Of a stretch of DNA of 42,867 nucleotides, positions 18,300 through 26,610 are shown piece by piece. The notes below the pieces were generated by a model. The model made no database searches, had not been told where the DNA came from, and saw nothing but the letters and a program-made list of their open reading frames with translations. The stretch is from a virus (taxonomy: Duplodnaviria > Caudoviricetes). Location: positions 1 to 42,867 of IMG/VR virus record IMGVR_UViG_3300014169_000011; one strand, 5' to 3'. Within the stretch, counting starts at the first letter, position 1. Each line of letters opens with the position of its first letter. The position numbers and the translations under genes were made by a program.

Positions 18300-19579
18300 T
18301 GCACCATCAGGTACTTGCCCGGCCTTTTCGGATCAGAGACGTACCATTTGCCGTCGGGCGCTTGGCGCGCACCGGCCACCGGCGGCTTGCCTGCACCGCC
18401 CCCGGCCGCCGCGGGCTTACGTTGCGGCGGCGCACCCGGCTTGCCGACGATCGGACGCAGCGGAGCCTTCGGCCCGGAACCGACCGGAGCGCCTGACGTC
18501 TGCGTCGCGAACAGCTTGGTGATGTAGGCGTCGGACATGCCCTGCTCTTTGAGCGAGGCCGTCAGGTTCGCCTGCCATTCCTTCTCGTCGAGATTGGCGG
18601 CGTCCGCCGCGGCCTTCGCATCGATCATCGCCTGTGTCCGGCCGTTCGAGCCGGCCTGAACGATGTCTTCGGCCTGGATGCGGGTCGCGTCGCGCATCCC
18701 TTCGCGCTTGTCCGCACCGCTCTGGGCCATGGATACCCGCTGCAACGACGCCTTGACCGCAGCCATGCGGTCCTCGTGCGTGTCGGCGACAGCGGTGGCG
18801 CGGGTGTCTGCGTTCTGCTGGCTGGTGTCCGCCTGGCGGTTCTTGATCACCCAGTTCATCTGTTCCTGCTGGAACTTCAGCTCGGCGGCCATCAGCGTCT
18901 TGTCGCTCTGGTCGATGTCGGTGCGCAGCTTCAGGGCTTCCTCGACGGCGCCGAACGCCAGCGAGTGATCCTTCTGGAACGCAGGGCCGCCCAGCTTCAC
19001 GGCCTGCTGCAGCATGGTCTTCAGCTCTGCCTGCTGCGCCTGCCGCTGCTGCGAAAGCTGCGCCATGATGTCGGGCTGCTGCGGCTGGCCCCCGCTGGCG
19101 GCGCCGCCTGGAGGGGCCGCCGGCGGCTGTCCGCCCGGAGGCGGTGCGGGTGGAGGCGCGGCCTTCGGAACGGGCTGTGGGCCGCCCGGCGTGGGCGCGA
19201 CAGGGCCTTGCGGCGGAGGGGCGATCCTCGGGGCTGGTGCAACAGCCGGACCCATCCCTGGAGGTCCGGCGCCGCCCTGGATCGGTGCAGGGGTGCTTCC
19301 CGGCATCGGTGTCGCGCCAGGCATGGCGGCTGGAACAGGCGGCGGACCTCCGGGAGGCGGTGCACCCCCGCCAACGGCAGGCGGGATGAGGCTCGGATTG
19401 GACGGCGGATTGGCTGGCGTGCCTTGCAGATCGGCGGCGCCGTCGATCATCGCAGCGACGCCTTGCTTCATGCGCTCGCGCTGCTGTTCCGCCATCTGCC
19501 GGTACTTTTCGCGTATCTCCTGGCCCTGCTCGACCCCGGCTCCGACCCCGCCTGCGAAGGCTCCTATGTTGAACCCCAT
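18296..19579 (-). CDS. Internal virion (ejection) protein, Pro/Gly/Gln-rich
   Basis: N-terminal GAFAGGVGAG, Pro-rich linker, coiled coil, and C-terminal GARQAPDGKWYV motif. Confidence 0.65.
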   Translation of the reverse strand: MGFNIGAFAGGVGAGVEQGQEIREKYRQMAEQQRERMKQGVAAMIDGAADLQGTPANPPSNPSLIPPAVGGGAPPPGGPPPVPAAMPGATPMPGSTPAPIQGGAGPPGMGPAVAPAPRIAPPPQGPVAPTPGGPQPVPKAAPPPAPPPGGQPPAAPPGGAASGGQPQQPDIMAQLSQQRQAQQAELKTMLQQAVKLGGPAFQKDHSLAFGAVEEALKLRTDIDQSDKTLMAAELKFQQEQMNWVIKNRQADTSQQNADTRATAVADTHEDRMAAVKASLQRVSMAQSGADKREGMRDATRIQAEDIVQAGSNGRTQAMIDAKAAADAANLDEKEWQANLTASLKEQGMSDAYITKLFATQTSGAPVGSGPKAPLRPIVGKPGAPPQRKPAAAGGGAGKPPVAGARQAPDGKWYVSDPKRPGKYLMVQ

Positions 19580-19581
19580 GG

Positions 19582-20442
19582 CTATAGCGTGATCGGGTTG
19601 AACATGCCGATGATGTCACCGAACAGATTGCCGAAGCCGGCCGCAGCCTGGGCGTTCGCCTGGTTGTTGACCTGGGCGGCCTGGATCGCGCCTTGGCTCG
19701 CCGTCTGGCCGATGTTCAAATATTGGCCTTGGTCAGTCGTCGCCTGTTGCGTCAGCGCATTCGACGCATTCGTCCCCTGCACCTGCGCGCCCAGAGCCGA
19801 GAGCTGGTTCTGCTGCTGCTGGAGATACGTCTGGTAGGGCAGCGCTGCGGCGGTCACTTGCGTGTTGAGCCCGGCGGTTCCCAGGTCTGACGCCTGAGTG
19901 TAGCCTTGGCCGGTCGCGCCAAGGTTCGTGTCGTAGGCGCCGAGCGCCGAGATCTGACGCGCGAGCTGAGCGTTCTGCCAGTCGATGTTGAAGTTCGTGT
20001 TCGACTGGTTGGCGACGCCCGCGCCGTAGGGCGAGTTGCCAAGGCCGTACGCCGAGTTCGTCGCGTTGGCCTGGTCGGCCGTCTTCATCTGCGTCTGGTT
20101 GTAGAGCGCCTGTTGCGGGTCGAACCCGGTGTTCAGAATCGACGCCCCGGCCATGCCGCCCAATGTCGACAGGTTCGATAGGTTCGATGCGGCGCCCAAC
20201 TGCTGCGGCGCCACCTGGGAGGTCGCTGTGTTCGCCGCGGCCGTCGCGCCGGCCTGGGCCTGGCCGTAGTAGGGGTTGTTCGCGACGTTCGACGTGATCT
20301 GCGAGAACTGCGGCGTCACCTGGGATGAGAGCGCCGATCCGGCCTGCGAGAGTTGGCTGGTGCCTTGCTGGAAGCCCGCCGCCGCGCCCGCCTGGTTGGG
20401 CGGCTGGTAGGGTGTCGGCGCTTGCTGGGTACCCCCGGACAC
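19582..20442 (-). CDS. Internal virion / DNA-transfer (pilot-like) protein
   Basis: Gln/Ala/Gly/Asn-rich, with a C-terminal amphipathic GFGNLFGDIIG; follows the GNAT gene as in podovirus tail modules. Confidence 0.65.
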   Translation of the reverse strand: MSGGTQQAPTPYQPPNQAGAAAGFQQGTSQLSQAGSALSSQVTPQFSQITSNVANNPYYGQAQAGATAAANTATSQVAPQQLGAASNLSNLSTLGGMAGASILNTGFDPQQALYNQTQMKTADQANATNSAYGLGNSPYGAGVANQSNTNFNIDWQNAQLARQISALGAYDTNLGATGQGYTQASDLGTAGLNTQVTAAALPYQTYLQQQQNQLSALGAQVQGTNASNALTQQATTDQGQYLNIGQTASQGAIQAAQVNNQANAQAAAGFGNLFGDIIGMFNPITL

Positions 20443-20448
20443 GTTTCC

Positions 20449-20940
20449 TCACAGCAGTTTGGCGAACACCCTCCCGGCCAGGAAGTAACCCCTGCGGAGT
20501 AGTAGGTCTCCGAGCGTAGCAGAGACTTTCGTCGCAGTCGAATTGGGCTGTCGTCTGTCTTCCTGGGTGATCAGATGCGCGCCGAGGTCTCGCATGAGAC
20601 CTTCGGCGGCGCCGATGAGATTGTCGCCGGTGCGGCCTTTCCGATAGGCCGGGTCGAGATAGAGGACGTCGTTCACCGCCCAGACCTTATGGCTGTGATG
20701 CAGGGGCGGCTGCAGGAAGTAGGCGGCGTAGCCGATCAGTTTCTTGCCGCGGCGCGCGACCACCGCCTTGTAGATCCCCATGCGCTCGAGCATCAGGTAC
20801 TTGGGCCAGTCGACGTCGAGCGGCATCTCGTCGTGAAGCTGTTCGACCTCCTGCCAGTGCTCGATCAGCAGGTCTTCGAGGCCTTCGGCCAGGAGCGGCG
20901 ATACAGGCTCCAAGGCGTGCGTGACCTCAATCGTCGGCAT
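20449..20940 (-). CDS. GNAT-family acetyltransferase
   Basis: LIGYAAY, NDVLYLDPAYRKGRTG (acetyl-CoA-binding motif A), LLRRGY. Confidence 0.8.
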   Translation of the reverse strand: MPTIEVTHALEPVSPLLAEGLEDLLIEHWQEVEQLHDEMPLDVDWPKYLMLERMGIYKAVVARRGKKLIGYAAYFLQPPLHHSHKVWAVNDVLYLDPAYRKGRTGDNLIGAAEGLMRDLGAHLITQEDRRQPNSTATKVSATLGDLLLRRGYFLAGRVFAKLL

Positions 20941-21421
20941 CGTCTTCCGGTTCCGGCCGCTTCACGTCGACGATCAGATGGACGCGAGGGTAGGCCGACA
21001 GGTTGATCTCCGAGCAGAGGTTCCTGTGGTCGATCTCGTTGACGATGCCGGTCGCCAGGATCACCCGCTCGAGCCCGCTCATCGACCACGCCTCGGGCGC
21101 CGGGATGATGCAGACCCGAGTTCTGATGTGAGCCTGGGCGTAGTCGTCTTCCTCGATCGTCCATGGCGTGCCGCACATGCCGGGGAGCTGCTCCAGCCAG
21201 ACCTTGCCGAGCTCGGGCCGGCGGCCGTCGAACGACTGGGCGGCCTCGGCCCGGAACCGGGCCAGGAGGTTCTTGGCCGACTTCCACTCCTTCAGGATCG
21301 GCAGATCGGCGTCGGCCGTGCGCAGGCGCAGGATGCCGTCCTGCATCTCCTTGCGAAACTTCACCTGATAGAAGGCGGCGAAATCGGCGGTCTGAAGGAA
21401 GACTCCGGTGGACCGGATCAT
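20927..21421 (-). CDS. Aspartyl/asparaginyl beta-hydroxylase-like (2OG-Fe(II) DSBH fold) protein, metal ligands apparently lost
   Basis: LGKVWLEQL.G, G.V.EIDH, IN.S...RVHLIVDV fit the family; the HxD and distal His are absent. ATG at 21421. Confidence 0.65.
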   Translation of the reverse strand: MIRSTGVFLQTADFAAFYQVKFRKEMQDGILRLRTADADLPILKEWKSAKNLLARFRAEAAQSFDGRRPELGKVWLEQLPGMCGTPWTIEEDDYAQAHIRTRVCIIPAPEAWSMSGLERVILATGIVNEIDHRNLCSEINLSAYPRVHLIVDVKRPEPEDDADD

Positions 21422-21714
21422 GCAGCGTGAGCCGATAGGGCCGAGAGACAGCGTTCGTACTCGTTCTTGTCGAGAACCCGAGTACGGACCCGACCGCCAA
21501 ATTTCGGAAAGCCGCCGTCGTCTTCCGGACACTTTAGAAGCTCGAGACTGATGCGTTCCCCGATCTGCATCATTAGAAGCTGGATAGCGGCTTTCATTAT
21601 CGGGTGATCAGGGCCGAGGTCGACTGCGTCAGTGACGGTGACCGATTCAGAGAAGTCCGCGTCACCCAGCTTCAGCGTCCACTTGAGGACGAGGGGTTGC
21701 TTTAAGTCAGCCAT
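21418..21714 (-). CDS. Hypothetical protein
   Basis: ATG at 21714 with a GAGG RBS; ATGA-coupled to the next gene. Confidence 0.55.
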   Translation of the reverse strand: MADLKQPLVLKWTLKLGDADFSESVTVTDAVDLGPDHPIMKAAIQLLMMQIGERISLELLKCPEDDGGFPKFGGRVRTRVLDKNEYERCLSALSAHAA

Positions 21715-22172
21715 ACACGAACCTCTGCTGCTCTTCTGGCGACGAGGCCGAGCAGCTTCTGCTCGACGCCGTTCACCCGGCCATAGACCCACTTGTTGAA
21801 CTCGCCCGGCACCGCGGCGAACTGGTTCGACCGGATGCGCAGGCACAGGGTGCTGTTGGAGAAGTTCGAGACGCCAGCGTTGAAGGCGAAGTCGATGCAG
21901 GCGGCATACTGGCCGTCAGTCAACGGCGCGTAGACCGCCTCGCCCAGCGCCGCACAGACGCCAGCAGCCGCAGTTCCGAGATCGGTGATAGCTTGCTCGT
22001 CCGCCTGCGCTTCGGTCCAGACCTCGTCCGTAGGACCAGGAAGAGCGTGGCCCCAACCGATAGTCCAAACGCCAACAGGGTCCAGATAGGCGTCGGCTGC
22101 AAAGGAACCCCCCGGTCCCTTCTCAAACGCGTGGATCAGCCCGAGGCAGGGCTGTGTCGGGATCGGCCTCAC
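21702..22172 (-). CDS. Endolysin, GH24 phage lysozyme
   Basis: FE..., AYLDPVGVWTIGWGH, DFAFNAG, STL, GLVARRAAE. Confidence 0.93.
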   Translation of the reverse strand: MRPIPTQPCLGLIHAFEKGPGGSFAADAYLDPVGVWTIGWGHALPGPTDEVWTEAQADEQAITDLGTAAAGVCAALGEAVYAPLTDGQYAACIDFAFNAGVSNFSNSTLCLRIRSNQFAAVPGEFNKWVYGRVNGVEQKLLGLVARRAAEVRVWLT

Positions 22173-22321
22173 GCGACGCGGCCACCCAGGGTCTTCGGCG
22201 TCGGCGCGGTCTTCGAGCGCGTCGAATCGTTGTTCACGGTGGATTGCGATGTCGGCAGCTTGCGCGACGGATCGCCATCGTGGTTCCAGGTCGGGTTGTT
22301 CGGCGTCAGGGACGGCTTCAT
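22169..22321 (-). CDS. Small hydrophilic hypothetical protein (50 aa)
   Basis: ATG at 22321 after AGGA; stop overlaps the lysozyme GTG. Confidence 0.5.
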   Translation of the reverse strand: MKPSLTPNNPTWNHDGDPSRKLPTSQSTVNNDSTRSKTAPTPKTLGGRVA

Positions 22322-22325
22322 CGGA

Positions 22326-22667
22326 TCAGTCCTGTGGTGTCGCTGCCGCGTTTGTAGCACCGAGTTTCTCGACTGTCTCGCTCGACGCTTCGCTGGCCGT
22401 CTGATGCACCGCCGACAGCGCGGCGATCTTGGCGTCCTGCGCCTGCGCCTGCAGGGCCTGGGAGCTGACGTAGAGATACCCCGCCACGGCCAGCAGGGTT
22501 GAGAACACCAGCGCCCCGCCCCAACCGAGCACGCCGATGATGGTGTTTAGCTTGCTGTTCACGTTCAAGGCTCGCTCCGTGCAGAGCTTTTCGTGACCAC
22601 GGGACCACTCCTTTGCGTCGAAGTGGCCGGACCAGTCTGTCACAGTCTCATCTACGTCGCGAGCCAT
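22326..22667 (-). CDS. Membrane protein, holin/antiholin candidate
   Basis: GGAG RBS; one TM segment (IIGVLGWGGALVFSTLLAVAGYLYV); close to the endolysin gene. Confidence 0.55.
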   Translation of the reverse strand: MARDVDETVTDWSGHFDAKEWSRGHEKLCTERALNVNSKLNTIIGVLGWGGALVFSTLLAVAGYLYVSSQALQAQAQDAKIAALSAVHQTASEASSETVEKLGATNAAATPQD

Positions 22668-22692
22668 TCAACGCTCCATCCGAACGGGTGGT

Positions 22693-23100
22693 TCAAAGCA
22701 GATGTGCATTGTCTAACACGATACCTAAGATTGTCGCACCCGCTCCGACCAGGGCGAGAAGGAGCGGCGTCGAGACACCCGAGCGGCCATGAACGGCGGC
22801 CTGCTCCTGTTCCAGCCGGCTGAGTATGGCGTTGACCGCCCCGAGCCGCGCATCGACTTCGTTGCGTGTGACGAAGCTGGCGGCTTGATCGGAGAGCGTC
22901 TCACGGAACTCGTTGACGCCTTCGAACCGCTTCTCGGACGCCTGCTCAGCCTTCAGCACGGCTTTCTCGGCGGCGTCCAGGGCGATGCGATTGGCCTGGG
23001 TCTGCGCCGCCATCTGCTCGGTCAGGCGGACGTTCAGCGCCTCGATCCGCTCTCGGGCGATCAGATCGGGGTAGGTCTCCCCGTGAGCGGCATCGGGCAT
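22693..23100 (-). CDS. Coiled-coil protein with a C-terminal TM anchor
   Basis: AAEKAVLKAEQASEKRFEGVNEFR coiled coil, then a hydrophobic C-terminus. Confidence 0.65.
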   Translation of the reverse strand: MPDAAHGETYPDLIARERIEALNVRLTEQMAAQTQANRIALDAAEKAVLKAEQASEKRFEGVNEFRETLSDQAASFVTRNEVDARLGAVNAILSRLEQEQAAVHGRSGVSTPLLLALVGAGATILGIVLDNAHLL

Positions 23101-23107
23101 GGGCCGG

Positions 23108-23569
23108 TTAGTTGTAAACCAGGCAGTGCGCGATGACGGTGGCGCTCAAGGCGCCGGACACCGCGGAGTTGATGACCTGCATGGTGAAGGTGCCGGCCGC
23201 CGGAACGATGTTGGTGATGCCCGGAGCTCCGGTGCCGCCATAGCCGTTCACCGAACACACGATCGTCGAGGACGCGGTGACGGAGGTATCGGTCACGGTC
23301 ATCGCCGCGGCCAGGGTGCCGCCGGCGGCGGTGGACAGGCCAGTGGTCGAGATCAGAAGGTTCAGGCCAGGGCAGGTCGCCGTGGTGGTGCCGGTGCAGG
23401 CCGAGGCTGGCTGGGTCGTCGGGAACCCGGCGTTCACGTTGAAGATGGCCTGGTTGACCATCACGTTCGGCACGTCGTTCGGGCCGGTGTAGTAGGGGAT
23501 CGGAGCGGCGAAAGCCGGGACCGCCCAGAGCAGTGCAAAGGCGGCCAGCAGGCCGAGAATCCGCTTCAT
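23108..23569 (-). CDS. Signal-peptide-bearing beta-rich protein (fibre/decoration candidate)
   Basis: AAAGGGG RBS; MKRILGLLAAFALLWAVPAFA|AP; Thr-rich; 4 Cys. Confidence 0.8.
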   Translation of the reverse strand: MKRILGLLAAFALLWAVPAFAAPIPYYTGPNDVPNVMVNQAIFNVNAGFPTTQPASACTGTTTATCPGLNLLISTTGLSTAAGGTLAAAMTVTDTSVTASSTIVCSVNGYGGTGAPGITNIVPAAGTFTMQVINSAVSGALSATVIAHCLVYN

Positions 23570-23597
23570 CGAAGATGCCCCTTTCAAGGTTGCAGCG

Positions 23598-23626
23598 ACG
23601 CTAACAGATGGCGGGGTCAGCGTCAA
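23598..23626 (-). promoter_or_regulatory. Putative internal sigma70-type promoter
   Basis: Minus strand TTGACG-N17-TAGCGT in the intergenic gap upstream of 23569. Confidence 0.55.
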
Positions 23627-23628
23627 AA

Positions 23629-25050
23629 TCAGTAGGCAGTTGCCGTAAAGCCGATCACGTCGGCGGCTACGGTGGTGCCGGTAAACGTGCAGCTATTCGT
23701 CGCGGTGGCGGTTTGCTTGAGCGTGTCGGCCACCGTGGTTTCGTCGGTCGCCGTGCAGACCCATCCGTTCGGCGCAGTCGGGAGAGCGACGATGACGGTC
23801 TGAGCCGTACAGGTAGCCTTGAACGTCCCCGCGGTCGCGCCCCCAACCTGGGTCGAAGTCGTGCAAGACCCGGTCAAGCCCGGCGCCGAGCCGCCCGCAG
23901 CGAAGCCGGCCGTGGCTTTGAAGAGTCCGGCCGGGCTTAGTGAAGCCAGCAGCGTGGCGCTAGATCCGCCCGTCTGCTGATACCAGGCATGACTCGACGT
24001 AGCGGATGTGTAGGTGTTCCAGTAATCGATTTCGCCGGCGCCGCCCTGGAAGTTCCAGGTTTCGACACCGGAGTTCCCGTTCGACGGATAGACGCCGCTG
24101 TCGTTGCCCGAGACGACCAGCGTCTGTACGACGGCGAGGCCCCCGCAAGTTACCTGGAACTTGGCGGTCGCCTCGTCCCGCAGGAAGTTGGTGCAGCCTC
24201 TGGCGCCTGCATTGAACAGGAGCATGTCGGGAACTTGCGTGTTCGCATCGCTGTTGATGCGCGCTCCCATCGCCACCGTGTCGTAGGGCGTCAGCGTCAT
24301 GGCCTCGGCGGACTGCGCCGAACACCCTGCGCCCGCGACGGTCCACGTCGGGTTCGAGCCCGCTGTAATCACGCAGCTCGCGCCCAGCGTCCCGCCGGTA
24401 ACCGTCTGCCCGAGTTGCGTGACGCCGGAAGTCTGCGAGTTCACCGTGAGCGTGAAGGGGCCGGTCCCGGTTATTGTCCCGTTGATGACACCGGGTAGGC
24501 CGCCCGTCTTGGCCCACACATCGAGAACGACACGAGCCAGGCTGGCATCGCCGCCGATACCGTAGACGTCTTCCTCGTCGCCTGTGCTGCTGCCGACAGG
24601 GTTGGGGAAGTTGCTGTCGAGTTCGTGCGTCGCGCCCCAGGTGGAACCTGAAGACGCCTGCACCGCACGAGAGTAGAACGCCGTGTTTTGTGACCCGTCG
24701 CCAGACGTGGAATTGTTAACCAAATAGGCCGTTAAGGCTCGCTCCCAGGTGAGTCGGCCCGGCGGAACCTGCATGAAGGCCGTTTCGCAGTCCGAGGTAG
24801 TCCCCGTCGTGCCGCCCGTCCAGGGCTGGTTACTGTAGCACTGGAAAGTCTCGGAGTTGGTTTGCGAGGTCGAGGCATCGACCACGGCGAACGGCCGGAC
24901 CGTCTGCGCCAGCCCGCTCGTCCAGTAGGTGAAGGGGACGCCGACATTCCAGGTCGCGAACGGTCCGGACCCCGAGGCGCTCGACTGCTGCGCCGCCGCC
25001 AAACCGGGAAGGGCGAGGATGAACGCTAGCGCCAGCAGGGACTTTCGCAT
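23629..25050 (-). CDS. Signal-peptide-bearing tail fibre/spike-like protein (paralog A)
   Basis: Start moved to ATG 25050 (TGATG coupling); MRKSLLALAFILALPGLAAA|QQ; Thr/Gly/Ser-rich; 10 Cys. Confidence 0.8.
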   Translation of the reverse strand: MRKSLLALAFILALPGLAAAQQSSASGSGPFATWNVGVPFTYWTSGLAQTVRPFAVVDASTSQTNSETFQCYSNQPWTGGTTGTTSDCETAFMQVPPGRLTWERALTAYLVNNSTSGDGSQNTAFYSRAVQASSGSTWGATHELDSNFPNPVGSSTGDEEDVYGIGGDASLARVVLDVWAKTGGLPGVINGTITGTGPFTLTVNSQTSGVTQLGQTVTGGTLGASCVITAGSNPTWTVAGAGCSAQSAEAMTLTPYDTVAMGARINSDANTQVPDMLLFNAGARGCTNFLRDEATAKFQVTCGGLAVVQTLVVSGNDSGVYPSNGNSGVETWNFQGGAGEIDYWNTYTSATSSHAWYQQTGGSSATLLASLSPAGLFKATAGFAAGGSAPGLTGSCTTSTQVGGATAGTFKATCTAQTVIVALPTAPNGWVCTATDETTVADTLKQTATATNSCTFTGTTVAADVIGFTATAY

Positions 25051-25490
25051 CACTGCCAGTCCGCAGACAGGAAGGCGTGGGTGCTCTGAGTTTCGGTGAA
25101 GCATCCTGTCGTGCTGACAACCATCACTATGCCGTTCTGGAAATTCACTCCCCCTGGAACGAAACCCGCCGAGAAACTGGTTGTTCCGCTCGACATGGCG
25201 TAGCACTTGGCTGGCGCCACCGTGCCGTTGCCGGGGTCGGCGGAGGCGTCGTAGATCAATATCCACCACGCCGCCCCCGAGAGCGTTGAATCGGCACTGA
25301 CTTCGAAGCTCTGAAGCTTGTGAGACCCGGTGACGGCGACGAGGTTTGTCGAGAGCACCGACGAGGACGCTTTGAACGCACCAGCCTGCTGAGCGTACGC
25401 CGGATCGCTGCCGCCGAACGCCAGGCACAGCAGTGCGAAGGCGACGACGGCGCCGATCTCAAGCCAGTGTCTGATCTTGCGCATCGTCAT
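25050..25490 (-). CDS. Signal-peptide-bearing small beta-rich protein
   Basis: MRKIRHWLEIGAVVAFALLCLAFGGSDPAYA|QQ; 2 Cys in the mature part. Confidence 0.78.
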   Translation of the reverse strand: MTMRKIRHWLEIGAVVAFALLCLAFGGSDPAYAQQAGAFKASSSVLSTNLVAVTGSHKLQSFEVSADSTLSGAAWWILIYDASADPGNGTVAPAKCYAMSSGTTSFSAGFVPGGVNFQNGIVMVVSTTGCFTETQSTHAFLSADWQ

Positions 25491-25491
25491 T

Positions 25492-26610
25492 CTAGGTCCC
25501 TACGCATTGGTAGCCGATCGTGTCGGTGTTGGTTCCGGTGAGAGTGAACTGGGTCCCGCTGGTCGTATGCACTTCCACCGAGGCGTTGGCCGAGGCATCG
25601 TTGGCCGTGCAGACGTAGCTGGTGTTGCTGGTGTAGACCGCCCCGCCGCTCAACGTGATCGTCGCCGTCCCTCCGACCAACGCCACGTAGCCGTCGACCT
25701 GATGGTGGTTGCCCTGCGCGGAGTTCGACACATAAAGCGGATCGCCGGCGTTGACCGAATTTATTTCGAGAGCCGACGTGGCGTTGAACGTCGTCCCTGT
25801 GAAGTTGCCAGAGCAGTCGATCTTGAAGGTCGAGGTCGCGACATCGTTGATGAAGTTAGTGCAGCCGCGGTGCGCCAGGTTGAACTGGATGACATCGCCA
25901 AACAGCGCGAAGGTGTCCTGGTTGAACCGCAGCGCCTTGGCGATTGTGTCATTGGCCGCGTTGAAGCTCTTGCCCCAAACGTCGACAACCACGCGCGCGT
26001 TGTTGGTGTCGGTGCCCTCGGCGTCGAGGTCGAACTCGTGCGTGACGCTGGACGTAGTCGGATTGGCCGACCAGTCGTCGAGTTCTGACGTACCGGCGAA
26101 AGTCGATCCTGTCGACGTCTTGGCGGCGCGAGCATACAGGGCCGTGTTCTGCGCGGCGTCCGCGCTGGTGGACTGGTTCACCAGATAGGCCGTCAGAGCT
26201 CTATCGAAGGTCAGCCGACCCGCCGGCGCCAGGTCGTAGGCCGTGAAGCAGCTCCGCGCGGTTCCTGGCGCCCCCAACGTCCAGGCGGTCGCGCTATAGC
26301 ACTGCAAGGGCTCAGAGTTGGTTTGCGAGGTTGAAGCGTCGACCGCGGCAAACGGGGTAGTCTCCGACGCAAGACCTGTCGTCCAGTCCGTCAGAGGGAC
26401 GCCAACCGTCCAGGTCTCCAAGCCTCGGTTCAAGAAGCTGAAGTCGGCGAGGTTCAGTGTCGTGAACTGCTTGGTCACGCCGACCTGCGTGCCGATCACC
26501 GCGTCGCTGGTGTTGAGCGGCTCCGTCGCAAAAGGGTAGCCCGTGATCGGGCCGGCTAACGCCGGGAAAGCGGCGAGTGCGAACAGCAGGGTGAGTAGCT
26601 TGCGCATCAT
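25492..26610 (-). CDS. Signal-peptide-bearing tail fibre/spike-like protein (paralog B)
   Basis: MMRKLLTLLFALAAFPALA|GP; shares a long domain with 23629-25050; 6 Cys. Confidence 0.8.
   Translation of the reverse strand: MMRKLLTLLFALAAFPALAGPITGYPFATEPLNTSDAVIGTQVGVTKQFTTLNLADFSFLNRGLETWTVGVPLTDWTTGLASETTPFAAVDASTSQTNSEPLQCYSATAWTLGAPGTARSCFTAYDLAPAGRLTFDRALTAYLVNQSTSADAAQNTALYARAAKTSTGSTFAGTSELDDWSANPTTSSVTHEFDLDAEGTDTNNARVVVDVWGKSFNAANDTIAKALRFNQDTFALFGDVIQFNLAHRGCTNFINDVATSTFKIDCSGNFTGTTFNATSALEINSVNAGDPLYVSNSAQGNHHQVDGYVALVGGTATITLSGGAVYTSNTSYVCTANDASANASVEVHTTSGTQFTLTGTNTDTIGYQCVGT

Noticed and set aside
25051-25428. Track's extended N-termini for ORFs 23629..25428, 26607..27722, 27533..29617 and 1223..2503
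   Set aside because: The extensions overlap upstream genes and read as junk. Coupled downstream ATGs give better starts and reveal the signal peptides.
23629-26610. Diversity-generating retroelement (TR/VR pair) behind the duplicated fibre sequence
   Set aside because: No reverse transcriptase is present. Both copies are coding, and the differences are not adenine-specific.
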